Source: an uncultured cyanobacterium
Lineage (GTDB): Bacteria; Cyanobacteriota; Cyanobacteriia; Cyanobacteriales; Nostocaceae
Direction: 5' to 3'
Assembly (NCBI GenBank): GCA_963740315.1
Contig: CAVUDP010000004.1
Span: forward strand, 160,001-224,000
DNA: 64,000 bases
Shown: positions 8,577-18,667 of the stretch, piece after piece
How the letters are laid out: each line of letters opens with the position of its first letter
Position numbering within the stretch: position 1 is the stretch's first letter
The notes under the pieces: generated by a model
The model's database searches: none
Told to the model about the DNA's origin: nothing
The model's input: the letters and a program-made list of their open reading frames with translations, nothing else
Program-made: the position numbers and the translations under genes

Positions 8577-10457
8577 ATGAGTTGGAGAATTTGGAGTCGT
8601 ATTAGCAAAGAATTCGAGTTGTGGTTGCGGGCTGCACCTCCGGGAATGATGGTGCTGGTTGTGGTGATGTTAATCCGTATAACTGGGGGATTGCAGCCTT
8701 TGGAATGGATGCTCCTCGATACGATGTTGCGATCGCGCCCGATTGAAAAGGTTGATGAGCGGGTAGTAATTGTCGGAATTGATGAAAAAGATATTGAATC
8801 GGTTAAGCAATATCCGGTGCCCGATCGCAAAATTGCAGAGTTACTCAACAAGCTGGAGACTTATAAACCGCGAGCAATTGGCTTGGATTTGTTTAAAAAT
8901 GTTCCGGTTGAACCCGGTAGCAAACAATTAGCGCAGCTATTCGAGGATAACAATAACATTATTGGGATTGAAAAAATTCTACCACCTGGGGAAATTCCTC
9001 CACATAAAAGTTTACCACCCGAACAAGTTGGATTTGCCGATTTACGTATTGATGGAGATAGTAAAAATCGCCGCTATTTGTTGTATACACCCTCCCCGAA
9101 AAATATAGACGAAGATAAATATTCTCTCGGCTTGCAGTTAGTAACTCAGTACTTTAGTAAAGAAGGAATTGATTTAGAAAACGGAATAAAAAATCCTAAC
9201 GCTCTAATGATTCGCTCAAAGGAATTACCACGAATTACTAAAAACTTTGGTGGATACATCGATATTAATGATGGCGGATTATCAATTTTAATCAACTTCC
9301 GCAACAGCTACAAACCTTTTCATGTGGTGTCGCTGCGGGATGTTTTGAATAATAAAGTTGATGCAGAATTGTTGCGCGATCGCATTATATTAATAGGCAA
9401 CCGCAACATGAGCGCTGGCGATATTTTTTATACATCCGCTTTGCCGCCATCGGGATTAAGCGGTCAAATTTATGGCGTTGACTATCACGCTCACGCTGTT
9501 AGTGAAATCCTCAGTTATGTTATCGATAGTCGTCCAATGTTAAGCAGTTTGGGAGATGTCAGCGAATATATATGGATAGTTCTTTGGGGTTTTGTGCCGA
9601 TTATCCTGGGACGACTTACCCAATCGGTGTGGACAAATTTACTTAGCGTTGCTGTAGTCGGAATCAGCTTGCTTAGCTTTGGTTACGTAATGCTGTGGTT
9701 GTGGGGTATATGGATTCCCATCGCACCCAATTTACTGATATTAAATGGAGTTAGCTTGAGTGCTTTTGCATTTTATCAACACGATAAATTTTTGCGATCG
9801 CAAATTAACGAACGTCTCAGCACGATTAAATATACTTTCTCTGTAATTCATAACGGCCCTTTGCAAACCCTTGCTTATGGATTAAAGCATATACGCGCCC
9901 AAGATATACCCCACGAACAATTAGTAGGACAATTTGAAAAACTCGATCGAGAAATTAGAGCGATCGGCGATTTTCTTCAGTTAGAAGCATTAGCAGAAAA
10001 AGAAGTTTTACGTTTGGGAAGTGGATTAATTTTGGATTTAAATCGTCCGCTTCACGATTTACTGTACGAAGTTTATTCAAGTACCTTAGAACGTAACGAT
10101 TTTGAATATTTTCAAACATTAAAAGTTAAAATTCGCAACTTCGATCCCATTGACGATAAATATTTAAACAGAGAAAAAAAACGCAGCATCTGTTTGTTTA
10201 TGGAAGAAGCATTATGTAACGTTGGCAAACACGCCGAAGGAGTAAAGCGCGTTCAAGCATCCGGTGAATATTCTCCAAATAAATATAAATTGTGGGTGAA
10301 AGATAACGGAATTGGAATTAAATCTACTCAGGAAAATAAAGGTACAAAAAACTGTAAATTACTTGCCAAACAGTTAAAAGGAGAATTTAAACGAGAATCG
10401 ATTTCCCCGAAAGGCACAATATGCGAACTTAGTTGGACACCGATAAAAGAATTTTAA
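8577..10457 (+). CDS. CHASE2 sensor histidine kinase (HisKA_3-like)
   Basis: CHASE2 motifs VIVGIDEKDI, PRAIGLDL, YGVDYHAH; 3 TM helices; IHNGPLQ H-box, EEALCNVGKHA N-box, DNGIG. Confidence 0.88.
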   Translation: MSWRIWSRISKEFELWLRAAPPGMMVLVVVMLIRITGGLQPLEWMLLDTMLRSRPIEKVDERVVIVGIDEKDIESVKQYPVPDRKIAELLNKLETYKPRAIGLDLFKNVPVEPGSKQLAQLFEDNNNIIGIEKILPPGEIPPHKSLPPEQVGFADLRIDGDSKNRRYLLYTPSPKNIDEDKYSLGLQLVTQYFSKEGIDLENGIKNPNALMIRSKELPRITKNFGGYIDINDGGLSILINFRNSYKPFHVVSLRDVLNNKVDAELLRDRIILIGNRNMSAGDIFYTSALPPSGLSGQIYGVDYHAHAVSEILSYVIDSRPMLSSLGDVSEYIWIVLWGFVPIILGRLTQSVWTNLLSVAVVGISLLSFGYVMLWLWGIWIPIAPNLLILNGVSLSAFAFYQHDKFLRSQINERLSTIKYTFSVIHNGPLQTLAYGLKHIRAQDIPHEQLVGQFEKLDREIRAIGDFLQLEALAEKEVLRLGSGLILDLNRPLHDLLYEVYSSTLERNDFEYFQTLKVKIRNFDPIDDKYLNREKKRSICLFMEEALCNVGKHAEGVKRVQASGEYSPNKYKLWVKDNGIGIKSTQENKGTKNCKLLAKQLKGEFKRESISPKGTICELSWTPIKEF

Positions 10458-10603
10458 GTATTTTAAATAACTTTTAAATAACTTTTAAATAACTAAAATA
10501 TCTAAAATATTACAATTATTCTTAAAGATTTCTATATTTACGTAAACTGTCCCGTATTTTTACAGTCTATTTCTAGAAGACTATATAGTAAATAGTAATT
10601 ATC

Positions 10604-11338
10604 GTGAATAATCATAAATCAACATTTTGGCGAAATCGTCGTAGAATCATAAGCTTAGTTATAGGAATGCTGTTCTTAACTACCGCACTTCCAGCCTATG
10701 CTAAATATAAGCCGCGCGATCGCAAACCTGCGAGTGGATATTCCCGTGGTGGTGGCTCCCGTGGATGTATGAGTAATGGTGGTATACCTTTGACGCTGTT
10801 AGCACCTCAGAGATTTATCGGTAAAACAGCTTCATTACGTCCAATGTTGGCTTGGTATACATCAAGTTCTAAAAACGTGCGATTCCGACTTTATGAATTT
10901 AAATCAGCCACGCAAGTTAAACAAATTGGTGAATCAAAAGAAATACCAACAGTGTTAGGAATCAACAAACTAAAGCTTCCCACCGATTATCCAGAGCTTA
11001 CAGTGGGTAAAACATACTTATGGCAAATTGCACTTGATTGCCCCGGTGGAGCAATTATTAAGCGTGCAGAATTTACCGTTATCAACCCTCAATCGCTAGC
11101 AAAGAATAAATTTACTAGCATTCCCGAAAGCGTCAATTATTATGCTGAAAACGAACTTTGGTATGAAGCATTAGAAGAAGCATTGAAAGCAGAAAGTAAT
11201 GGTAAATTGGGTGAAGCTGGCTCAACATTAGTGCAAGAATTGGCACAATTTGAAATGCCCACGGGAAGCGAAAGTAATAACGGAATTATTGAAAGACGAA
11301 TTGAGAATCTTCAGAAGATTTCGCGGGATAATCTTTGA
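10604..11338 (+). CDS. DUF928 family exported protein
   Basis: Signal peptide (LPAYA), GGGSRGC, LTLLAP, GKTASLRPMLAWY, YLWQIALDC, YAENELWYEAL. Confidence 0.85.
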   Translation: MNNHKSTFWRNRRRIISLVIGMLFLTTALPAYAKYKPRDRKPASGYSRGGGSRGCMSNGGIPLTLLAPQRFIGKTASLRPMLAWYTSSSKNVRFRLYEFKSATQVKQIGESKEIPTVLGINKLKLPTDYPELTVGKTYLWQIALDCPGGAIIKRAEFTVINPQSLAKNKFTSIPESVNYYAENELWYEALEEALKAESNGKLGEAGSTLVQELAQFEMPTGSESNNGIIERRIENLQKISRDNL

Positions 11339-11344
11339 TATAAA

Positions 11345-11736
11345 GGTTCGTAGTAAGTAGCTCTAGCCCTGAAATGGAAGGGTTAAAACCCTTACTACAA
11401 ACCTACAAGTTCGTAGGTTGGGTTAAAGGCGCACAAATAATTTATATAGGTTATGTCAAGTCTACAAGCGCATTTAGCCCAACATTTTGAATAAAAATCG
11501 TAAACCCGGTTTCAAAGCGATCGCACAACCAAAAAATCGCGTTTTTACAAGAAACCGGGTAAGTAGCGGGCTTGCTGATGGTGCAATAAATCAAGATGTT
11601 AGGTTACGAGGCATAGTTTAATTTTTAGTTAAAACCATTTCGATCGTAGTTTTACAGCCAGCGAGCAAGATGCAGCCAGCGAGCAAAATACAGCCAGCGA
11701 GCAAGATGCAGCCAGCGAGCAAGATGCTCGCACTAC
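11345..11736. repeat. Cluster of several REP-like families plus a 4 x 18-bp tandem (CAGCCAGCGAGCAAGATG, 11655-11726) between convergent genes
   Basis: GTAGTAAG double hairpin, GTAGGTTGGGTT arm, AAACCCGGTTTC...GAAACCGGGT, and a GCGAGCAAGATGCTCGCACTAC arm also present inverted at 53976-54001. Confidence 0.75.
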
Positions 11737-11753
11737 TTACAATTACTTTCTCT

Positions 11754-14408
11754 TCACAACCAATTACCAATAACAATCATCGGTGCCCAATGTGCGGGGT
11801 TATCATACTCGATATTCATACCTTCGGATGCGGGTAATTTTTTGGCGTTAATCATTTTGATTTGGGCTTTTTGCAATGCTTGAGCTATACTCATTCCCCC
11901 TTCCCGGTAGTTTTTGTAAAATTCTTCGACTAGTTTGGATGTCGATACATCTTGGATATTCCATAAAGATGCAATCGCGCTTTTAACTCCGACTTGTAAT
12001 GCAACTCCAGCTAATCCTAATGTGGCTCGCTCGTCGCCAAGTGCGGTTTGACAGGCTGTAAGTGCGAGCAATTCGACGCTATCGGATTGGTTTTTGAGGT
12101 TTTGCAGTGAGTTTTCTAGTTGGCTGATGGTGAGTTTTTTGTTTTTACCCGTGACTATGAAGGTATCTTTGGGAATGATGCCGAATTGAGCGTGACTGGC
12201 GATGTGTACGATCGGATATGTGGTTTGCTGGAGTTTTTGCTGGAAGTTTTCGGGAATAAAGTTATCGTCGATTAAGTCGGTATGATTGGGAAATAGTTTT
12301 TGAACTGCATTGATTTCATTTTTGACTGAATCAAGTTCGGGAAAAAGCTTTCCGTCAATTGTGGAATTTTCTGTTAAACCTAAAATTAATGCTTTCTGCT
12401 TGCTGCGGTTTGGTTTGGTAACTGTTAGTCGTAAACTGGGAGTTGTGGCGATCGCGTAGGTTTCAACTAAATATTTTTTTTGTTGACTGTCGTAAAGTGC
12501 TGCCATTGGTACGCTACGCAAAAATCCATCTTGAATAAATACGAGGGTTTTCACTTCCTCCGTGATATCTTCAGCAAAGGGACGAATTATCCAATCATAA
12601 AGCTGTGCGGCGGTTGTTGTATCGTAGTTAATTTCTTCTCTTCCTCTAACTAACCCTTCCCGAAATTCGGTTATTTTTTTCTCTAGCTCGTCACTGCTAA
12701 CTATTTTATTTGTACCTTGTTGTTGGGATTCAATCCATTTAAATTTGGTTGCTCGATCGGCTGACTGTAATAATATCCCGGTTTTACCATCTAAAATTAT
12801 CGAACTCAAAAATACGGTGTTTTTAAAAGCTGCAATATTTTGTTTATCTTGCAAAAGTTCGTCCACCTGTTTGGGATTCAACCCACTCAAAACGCAATCA
12901 TTACCAAAATAATTCTGTAATTCTGCTAGTTTCAATGCATCGATGGTTTTTACGACTTTTGATAATTCTTCGTCACGTTGTTTATCTGCGATCGCTCCAG
13001 CTTGCAACAGTTCCAGCCGCGATTTTGCTAAGGTGCGGTACAATGGTCGGACAACATCGCGGAAGTCAAACTGTACATCACGTTTCGCTGTCAAAATATC
13101 TTGGCGAATATCTTCCAAGGTTTCAAATGCTCTTTGATAGGATTCGATCGCTGCTTTTTTTCGCTGCTGTTTGTCCAAAATCCTTCCAGCTTGCCACTCC
13201 CACAAATACAAACTATCTTTTGCACTCAACTTACTATCTGCTGCAACGATCGCATTTTGGGTATAGGTTAGCGCTTTCTGGTTATCTTGGCGGCATTCCC
13301 AAAAATGTCCTAAAGCACCGTTTGCATAGGATTGCAAGCGATTGTCTTTTAAATTATTGCTAGTTAATACAGCAGATTGCAGTAAACTTAATGCTTGTTC
13401 GGGTAAAACTAGTTGAGTTGGACATTTGCTAAAAGGTGAATTTCCTTGAGCATGGCGTTGTAAGTATGCTAAATCGATAGCTCCATAGACTTTTGTTTCT
13501 GAATCTGGTAAATTTTCCAGCAGCTTTAAAGCATTTTCAACAGCATTATTAAACGTCTTATCCGTATGGGAAGCCAGCTTAATTAAATTCAAAAATCCCC
13601 GCATTTCTGCTAAATCTTGCTTTTGTTTGCGGGCAAATTTTATACTATTTTGAAAATATTCGCGGGCTTGTTTAAAATCTGCCGCAGACTTTTGATTAAA
13701 CTCTATTTCCTTGTCATCAAGACCAATTTTAGCAGCCGAAGTCGCTTGTAATTCCAGCAATTGAGCGCGATTTGTGTGAGCATTGCCCAAACTATTTAAA
13801 ACCAAAAAATTATCTTCTGAAGACTTTTGTGCTGCTTGTAAATACGCAATTGCTCGGTCATAATTTCCGATTAAACGATATACCTCACCGAGAACCCCCA
13901 AAGCTGCAACTTTACCAGGACGATCGTTATATTTACTGGCAATTTGTACCGCAGTTTCGGGAATGCATTCAAGCGAGTTGCCTTGATTTGCTTTGCCACA
14001 CAGAAGTGCGATCGCCTTTCTCGGTTGTCCCAAATTGCTGTAAACTTGAGCCAATTCCGTCCGCATTCTTCCGACTTGCGGGATATTTTTTACAGTTTGA
14101 TAGTCACGAATTGCCGTTGATAGCGATGCGATCGCGCTTTGATTTTCTCCTAATTTTTGATAAGCACGTCCTAAATTTTCATTTATAACCGCTGCCGCAG
14201 AAGGATTGTTTTGATATTGTTTTAAAGCATCTTCCCAATATTTTATTGCACCACGAAAATCGCCATTATTATAAACTTTAACTCCCCGCTCAATTAATGA
14301 ATTGCGATCGGGTTGTGCGGATACAACTTGTCCGAAAGATACGCAAATTAATAGAGTTGCAAAGAATAAAAGTTGTAAAAAATTGAAATGTTTATTTTTA
14401 GTTTTCAT
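11754..14408 (-). CDS. Exported TPR plus CHAT (caspase-HetF-like) protease
   Basis: Signal peptide, TPR helices, LYDWIIRP, VHIASHAQF (His), LTACQTA (Cys), ASLW, HWAPMIVIGNW. Confidence 0.92.
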   Translation of the reverse strand: MKTKNKHFNFLQLLFFATLLICVSFGQVVSAQPDRNSLIERGVKVYNNGDFRGAIKYWEDALKQYQNNPSAAAVINENLGRAYQKLGENQSAIASLSTAIRDYQTVKNIPQVGRMRTELAQVYSNLGQPRKAIALLCGKANQGNSLECIPETAVQIASKYNDRPGKVAALGVLGEVYRLIGNYDRAIAYLQAAQKSSEDNFLVLNSLGNAHTNRAQLLELQATSAAKIGLDDKEIEFNQKSAADFKQAREYFQNSIKFARKQKQDLAEMRGFLNLIKLASHTDKTFNNAVENALKLLENLPDSETKVYGAIDLAYLQRHAQGNSPFSKCPTQLVLPEQALSLLQSAVLTSNNLKDNRLQSYANGALGHFWECRQDNQKALTYTQNAIVAADSKLSAKDSLYLWEWQAGRILDKQQRKKAAIESYQRAFETLEDIRQDILTAKRDVQFDFRDVVRPLYRTLAKSRLELLQAGAIADKQRDEELSKVVKTIDALKLAELQNYFGNDCVLSGLNPKQVDELLQDKQNIAAFKNTVFLSSIILDGKTGILLQSADRATKFKWIESQQQGTNKIVSSDELEKKITEFREGLVRGREEINYDTTTAAQLYDWIIRPFAEDITEEVKTLVFIQDGFLRSVPMAALYDSQQKKYLVETYAIATTPSLRLTVTKPNRSKQKALILGLTENSTIDGKLFPELDSVKNEINAVQKLFPNHTDLIDDNFIPENFQQKLQQTTYPIVHIASHAQFGIIPKDTFIVTGKNKKLTISQLENSLQNLKNQSDSVELLALTACQTALGDERATLGLAGVALQVGVKSAIASLWNIQDVSTSKLVEEFYKNYREGGMSIAQALQKAQIKMINAKKLPASEGMNIEYDNPAHWAPMIVIGNWL

Positions 14409-14627
14409 AAGGTTAGTAGTAAGGACGAGAGTCCTAAATCCGAGTAATTAATAGTGCGTTTCTCTAGTTATTTAATTTTGTTGTAGGGTGTGTCACGGCT
14501 TGAGAAATTTTTATGGTAGGTTATTAATTAAATCATGCCGTAACGCACCATTTTTATAACTTTTGCTGCTTTACGATATTCGTCTCTAATGCACCTTACA
14601 ATAGGACTAAAGTCCTGACTACGAACC

Positions 14628-17600
14628 TTAATCAGAGCATTCGCGACTTAACAACAATTCCCCATTCTTCAACCGATATAATCCTTGGGGTTCAATAATG
14701 CGATCGCCTTTTTTCCAAACTTGATTTTCACTGTCAATATTCCTGACTTCACCAGTTATATATTCCGAAACTAAAACATTTCCGGGACGATTTGACGGTA
14801 AAGCACCACTACCTGTAATTTTAAAAGAGTTTTCTTGGCGTTTATTACCTCTTGCAATACAACTGTTAGCAATTATTGCGTCGGTGTCTATATTTGGGGA
14901 AAGTTCGGTGAAACTATTTTGAATTGAACTGGTGTCGTCTGCATTGATAATTGTTTCACCAGAAATAGCTTCTTCTGAACTTGCGGTAATATCGCTTTTT
15001 CCAGTTAGACTTTCTTGGCTTTCAATACCGAAAATACCGCTACTATTAATATTGACTTTACCACCATTGCCACTAAAAGCATTCGCGGTGATGTCGCTGT
15101 TTTCGTTTTGTGGTGCGACGATAAATTTAGAATTTATATTGATATTACCTCCATCTCCCCCAGCTTGAGCAGTTCCTGCCGTGGTGGTGATTTGGCTATT
15201 ATTACGCAATACTAGTTTTTCGCTTATTTGTAAGTTGATATCACCACCTTGGGTGGTGGCTGTTTGAGCGGCAATAAAACCGTTATTTAATTCCAGAGTT
15301 CCTGCTTGTAAACTAATATCTCCTGCATCTCCGCTTCCATCGCTACCTACAGATACACCAGCACCATTTTCTATAATTACTAATCGCGGATCGATAAATA
15401 TGCTGCCACCTTTTCCTGTTGATTCAGGAGCAGTACCGGCGAATAAACCAGTTGGAACTTGTTCGTTTCCAGAAAGAATAATTTTATCTTGAATATTAAG
15501 GTTGATATTACCAGCTTTACCACTATTAAAAGTACTTGAATTAATTTGTCCCCCGTTTATTGCTTCAAAAGTATTGGTGTTAAAGGTGATGTTTCCAGCA
15601 TTACCATCATTGAAGGTTGTTGCGTTTACAACTGCATTATCTGTAATACGAAAATTATCTGTAGTTACGGTTATATTACCCGCATCACCAGAAGCACCTA
15701 TTCCTGTTGAAGTGAATATTCCACTAGCGAAGCCTGTAGAACTAATACCTGAAAGGTTAACAGATTTGGAAGCGTTGATGTTAATTTCTCCTCCCTTTCC
15801 TTTACCACCGGGAAGATTGCCTTCTGCACGAAACACAGCAGCACCAATTTGGGAACCACCTGCTAATGTTAAATTTTGGGTATCAATATTAATAAAACCA
15901 CCTTTTCCTTCCCCTCCGCTACCAACATTGCTATTAATAAAACCAGAGTTTGATAAGAAAACTGAGTCATTAGCATTCAATTCAATATTACCTCCGTTTC
16001 CCTTTCCAGAAGTACTAGCATTAATTTGACTATCGTTAGTAATAAAAAGCGAACCTGTTGCAATTTTGATATTTCCACCATTACCAATAGCATTTGTATT
16101 CACCGAGGTAAAAGCTAAACTTCCCTCGTCAAAAGTAACGGTATCGCTAGCATTGATATTAATATTACCTGCATTCCCTTCCCCGCTTGTTATAGCATAT
16201 AAGATACCGCCGTTAGTTATAGAAAGTGACTTCGTTGTAATTTCAATCTCTCCACCTTTACCTTTACCGCTAGCTAGTTCGGTACGTAATCCAGTAAATT
16301 CACCATCTATCTTGATAGTATCGCTGGCATTAATTGCAATCTTACCAGCACTAAAGTTATCAGAGTTTTCTTCTCTTCTTAATGTGGAAACCATGCTGCT
16401 GCCATCTGTTAAAAAGAGCGAGCTAGTTTTCACTTCAATATTTCCTGCATTACCATTCTCTGCAAAAGTTAGGGCACCACTTTCTATACCATTAATAGCT
16501 ACACCTTCAAAAGTAATTGTGTCCCGAACATCCAGAAAAATATTACCTGAATTTCCTGCTCTACCATTGAAAGTTAGCAACGAACCACCATTTTTCAATA
16601 GCAAATCACCTGCCTTGATGCGGATATCACCACCATCTCCTACAGAATCAGAAACACCCGTACTGTTAGCACTTCCTAAGTCGCTAAAAGTAACTTTATC
16701 GCTAGCATTGATAGTAATATTCCCTGCATTTCCTTGCCCGCTCGTACCAGCAGATATTTGTGCAAAGTTGCTTACTGAAAGCGATTTTGTTGTTATTTGA
16801 ATATCTCCAGCTTTAGCCATGCCGCTCATCAGCGAATCACTTCTAATACCGCTGGATATAATTATTCCATCTAATAAATTATCACTTGATTCCGAAATAT
16901 TTGGATTTCTGAAAACACCATCTAATTTCACACTATCGCTAGCTTCAACAAATATATTACCAGCATTCCCTTCTCCCAAAGTGTTGGTAGATATATCACT
17001 TCCATTAGTTAAGCTAAGGTTTCCGGTTTTGATCCGGATATCTCCACCTTTACCCACTCCATCACTATATACGTTACTACTAATATTATCAAAAAGTCCA
17101 CTACTAAATACGTTACTACTAACACTACTAATATTATCAAAACTAACAGTATCGCGAGCATTTATATTTATATTCCCAGCGTTACCGATTCCAAAGATGT
17201 CATTACTTATTGCAGAACCTTCAGTTAGGGAAAGTGAATTAGCATTTATATTTATATTCCCAGCATTACCGATTCCAAAGGTGTCATTACTTATTGAAGA
17301 ATCTTCAGCAATCAAAAGTGAATTAGCATTGATGTTTATATCCCCGGCATTACCAAAACTATCAACATCATTAAAAATTGTGCTAGCATTTTTAACTTCA
17401 ATTAAACCAGTAGCATTAAGATTAATATCTCCAGCTTGTGCGTTAGGATTATCTGAGTTTTGAGCAATTCCAGCAAATATAAATGAGTTAGAAATTTCCA
17501 AATTGCGAGCATTAATTGTAAAATTTCCCCCACCCGCTCCAAAAACGCTAATTACGGATATATTTGCAAGAGAAATATCTCCTCTTTCCATATCTTCGGG

Positions 17601-18392
17601 AATATTCAAACTAAAAGTATCACCAGAAATCTTTAATCCAACAGTTCCCGGTGCGGCTAAAGAAGCTAATTCAATATTCCCCTCGTAAGCTCTTAATCTA
17701 CCTCCATCTAATTTAATTTCACCACCGACAAGCAATAAATTTTTACCATCGGGAACTCTTAATCCAGTTGTTTCATAATCATTTGGATTTATCCCTGCTG
17801 GTGCTTGAGATTTATTGATAATTCCCCCATTTGCTTGTACTTGATTGAAAAACAAAGCTGAAGGATTGACGATTAAATTACCTGGTATTTCGGGATTTGT
17901 AGCGCTGAAATTACCTTTATCACCAAACTGCAACCCCGAAGCAGTTGTTCCCACAAACGAACCTTGTAAATCTAAACTGGCATTTTCACCAAATACAATT
18001 CCGTTGGGATTAATCAAAAATAAATTCGCTGCACCATCAACACCTAAAGTACCGAAAATATTCGACGCATTCCCACCAGTTACCCGCGTCAATATATTTT
18101 TTACACCATCGGGGTTGATAAAATACACCGCTTGCCCATTGTTAATATTAAACTCGCTGAAACTGTGAAATAAATTAATATCTCGTCTTGCTCCACCATC
18201 AATTGTGTCTGCATTAATCCCGTTGATAATAACGTTGCGATTTAAACGAGAAGATTCTGCACCCATATTGTCAGGGGTGATATTACTTTGCTGTGCCAAG
18301 GTTGGATTTGTAATTAAAAATACACTTATGCAGCTAGTAATTCCTGTTAAACCTAACCGCAAACCCTTGTAAAACCTGCTTTTTATCCACAT
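14628..18392 (-). CDS. Filamentous-haemagglutinin (TPS-domain) exoprotein
   Basis: NLFHSFSEF, RVTGG, LINPNGIVFG; many GNAGNININA beta-helix repeats; C-terminal IIEPQG...C; ATG at 18392 preferred over the track start at 18458. Confidence 0.9.
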   Translation of the reverse strand: MWIKSRFYKGLRLGLTGITSCISVFLITNPTLAQQSNITPDNMGAESSRLNRNVIINGINADTIDGGARRDINLFHSFSEFNINNGQAVYFINPDGVKNILTRVTGGNASNIFGTLGVDGAANLFLINPNGIVFGENASLDLQGSFVGTTASGLQFGDKGNFSATNPEIPGNLIVNPSALFFNQVQANGGIINKSQAPAGINPNDYETTGLRVPDGKNLLLVGGEIKLDGGRLRAYEGNIELASLAAPGTVGLKISGDTFSLNIPEDMERGDISLANISVISVFGAGGGNFTINARNLEISNSFIFAGIAQNSDNPNAQAGDINLNATGLIEVKNASTIFNDVDSFGNAGDININANSLLIAEDSSISNDTFGIGNAGNININANSLSLTEGSAISNDIFGIGNAGNININARDTVSFDNISSVSSNVFSSGLFDNISSNVYSDGVGKGGDIRIKTGNLSLTNGSDISTNTLGEGNAGNIFVEASDSVKLDGVFRNPNISESSDNLLDGIIISSGIRSDSLMSGMAKAGDIQITTKSLSVSNFAQISAGTSGQGNAGNITINASDKVTFSDLGSANSTGVSDSVGDGGDIRIKAGDLLLKNGGSLLTFNGRAGNSGNIFLDVRDTITFEGVAINGIESGALTFAENGNAGNIEVKTSSLFLTDGSSMVSTLRREENSDNFSAGKIAINASDTIKIDGEFTGLRTELASGKGKGGEIEITTKSLSITNGGILYAITSGEGNAGNININASDTVTFDEGSLAFTSVNTNAIGNGGNIKIATGSLFITNDSQINASTSGKGNGGNIELNANDSVFLSNSGFINSNVGSGGEGKGGFINIDTQNLTLAGGSQIGAAVFRAEGNLPGGKGKGGEININASKSVNLSGISSTGFASGIFTSTGIGASGDAGNITVTTDNFRITDNAVVNATTFNDGNAGNITFNTNTFEAINGGQINSSTFNSGKAGNINLNIQDKIILSGNEQVPTGLFAGTAPESTGKGGSIFIDPRLVIIENGAGVSVGSDGSGDAGDISLQAGTLELNNGFIAAQTATTQGGDINLQISEKLVLRNNSQITTTAGTAQAGGDGGNININSKFIVAPQNENSDITANAFSGNGGKVNINSSGIFGIESQESLTGKSDITASSEEAISGETIINADDTSSIQNSFTELSPNIDTDAIIANSCIARGNKRQENSFKITGSGALPSNRPGNVLVSEYITGEVRNIDSENQVWKKGDRIIEPQGLYRLKNGELLLSRECSD

Positions 18393-18536
18393 AGCTACGC
18401 TTATATACTGATTTAAATATATTTTATGATACTTAACATAACCTGATAAATAAATCAAATCTTACATAAGGTAACAATTGCAATACAGTTTTGTGCAATG
18501 GTGCGATCGCTCTTTTCCCAAAACTACACTCCAGTA

Positions 18537-18579
18537 TGCATAAAAGTGTAATGCTTAATATTTCAAACCGATCTAAAGT
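18537..18579 (+). promoter_or_regulatory. Putative promoter: TGCATAAAA-N28-TAAAGT
   Basis: Same architecture as 6568-6610. Confidence 0.55.
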
Positions 18580-18667
18580 TGAAATTATCAACAGCAAAAC
18601 TACTGAGTGCTAGTTCATCGCTTAGTTTGAGCTAATCTTTAAAAATTTAAAATATAGGATCGGAATT

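Noticed and set aside
11655..11726. Possible mini-CRISPR array
   Set aside because: 18-bp units are contiguous with no spacers, and there are no cas genes
14932..18168. Series of plus-strand Leu/Pro/Ile-rich ORFs
   Set aside because: Antisense shadows of the repetitive TPS gene
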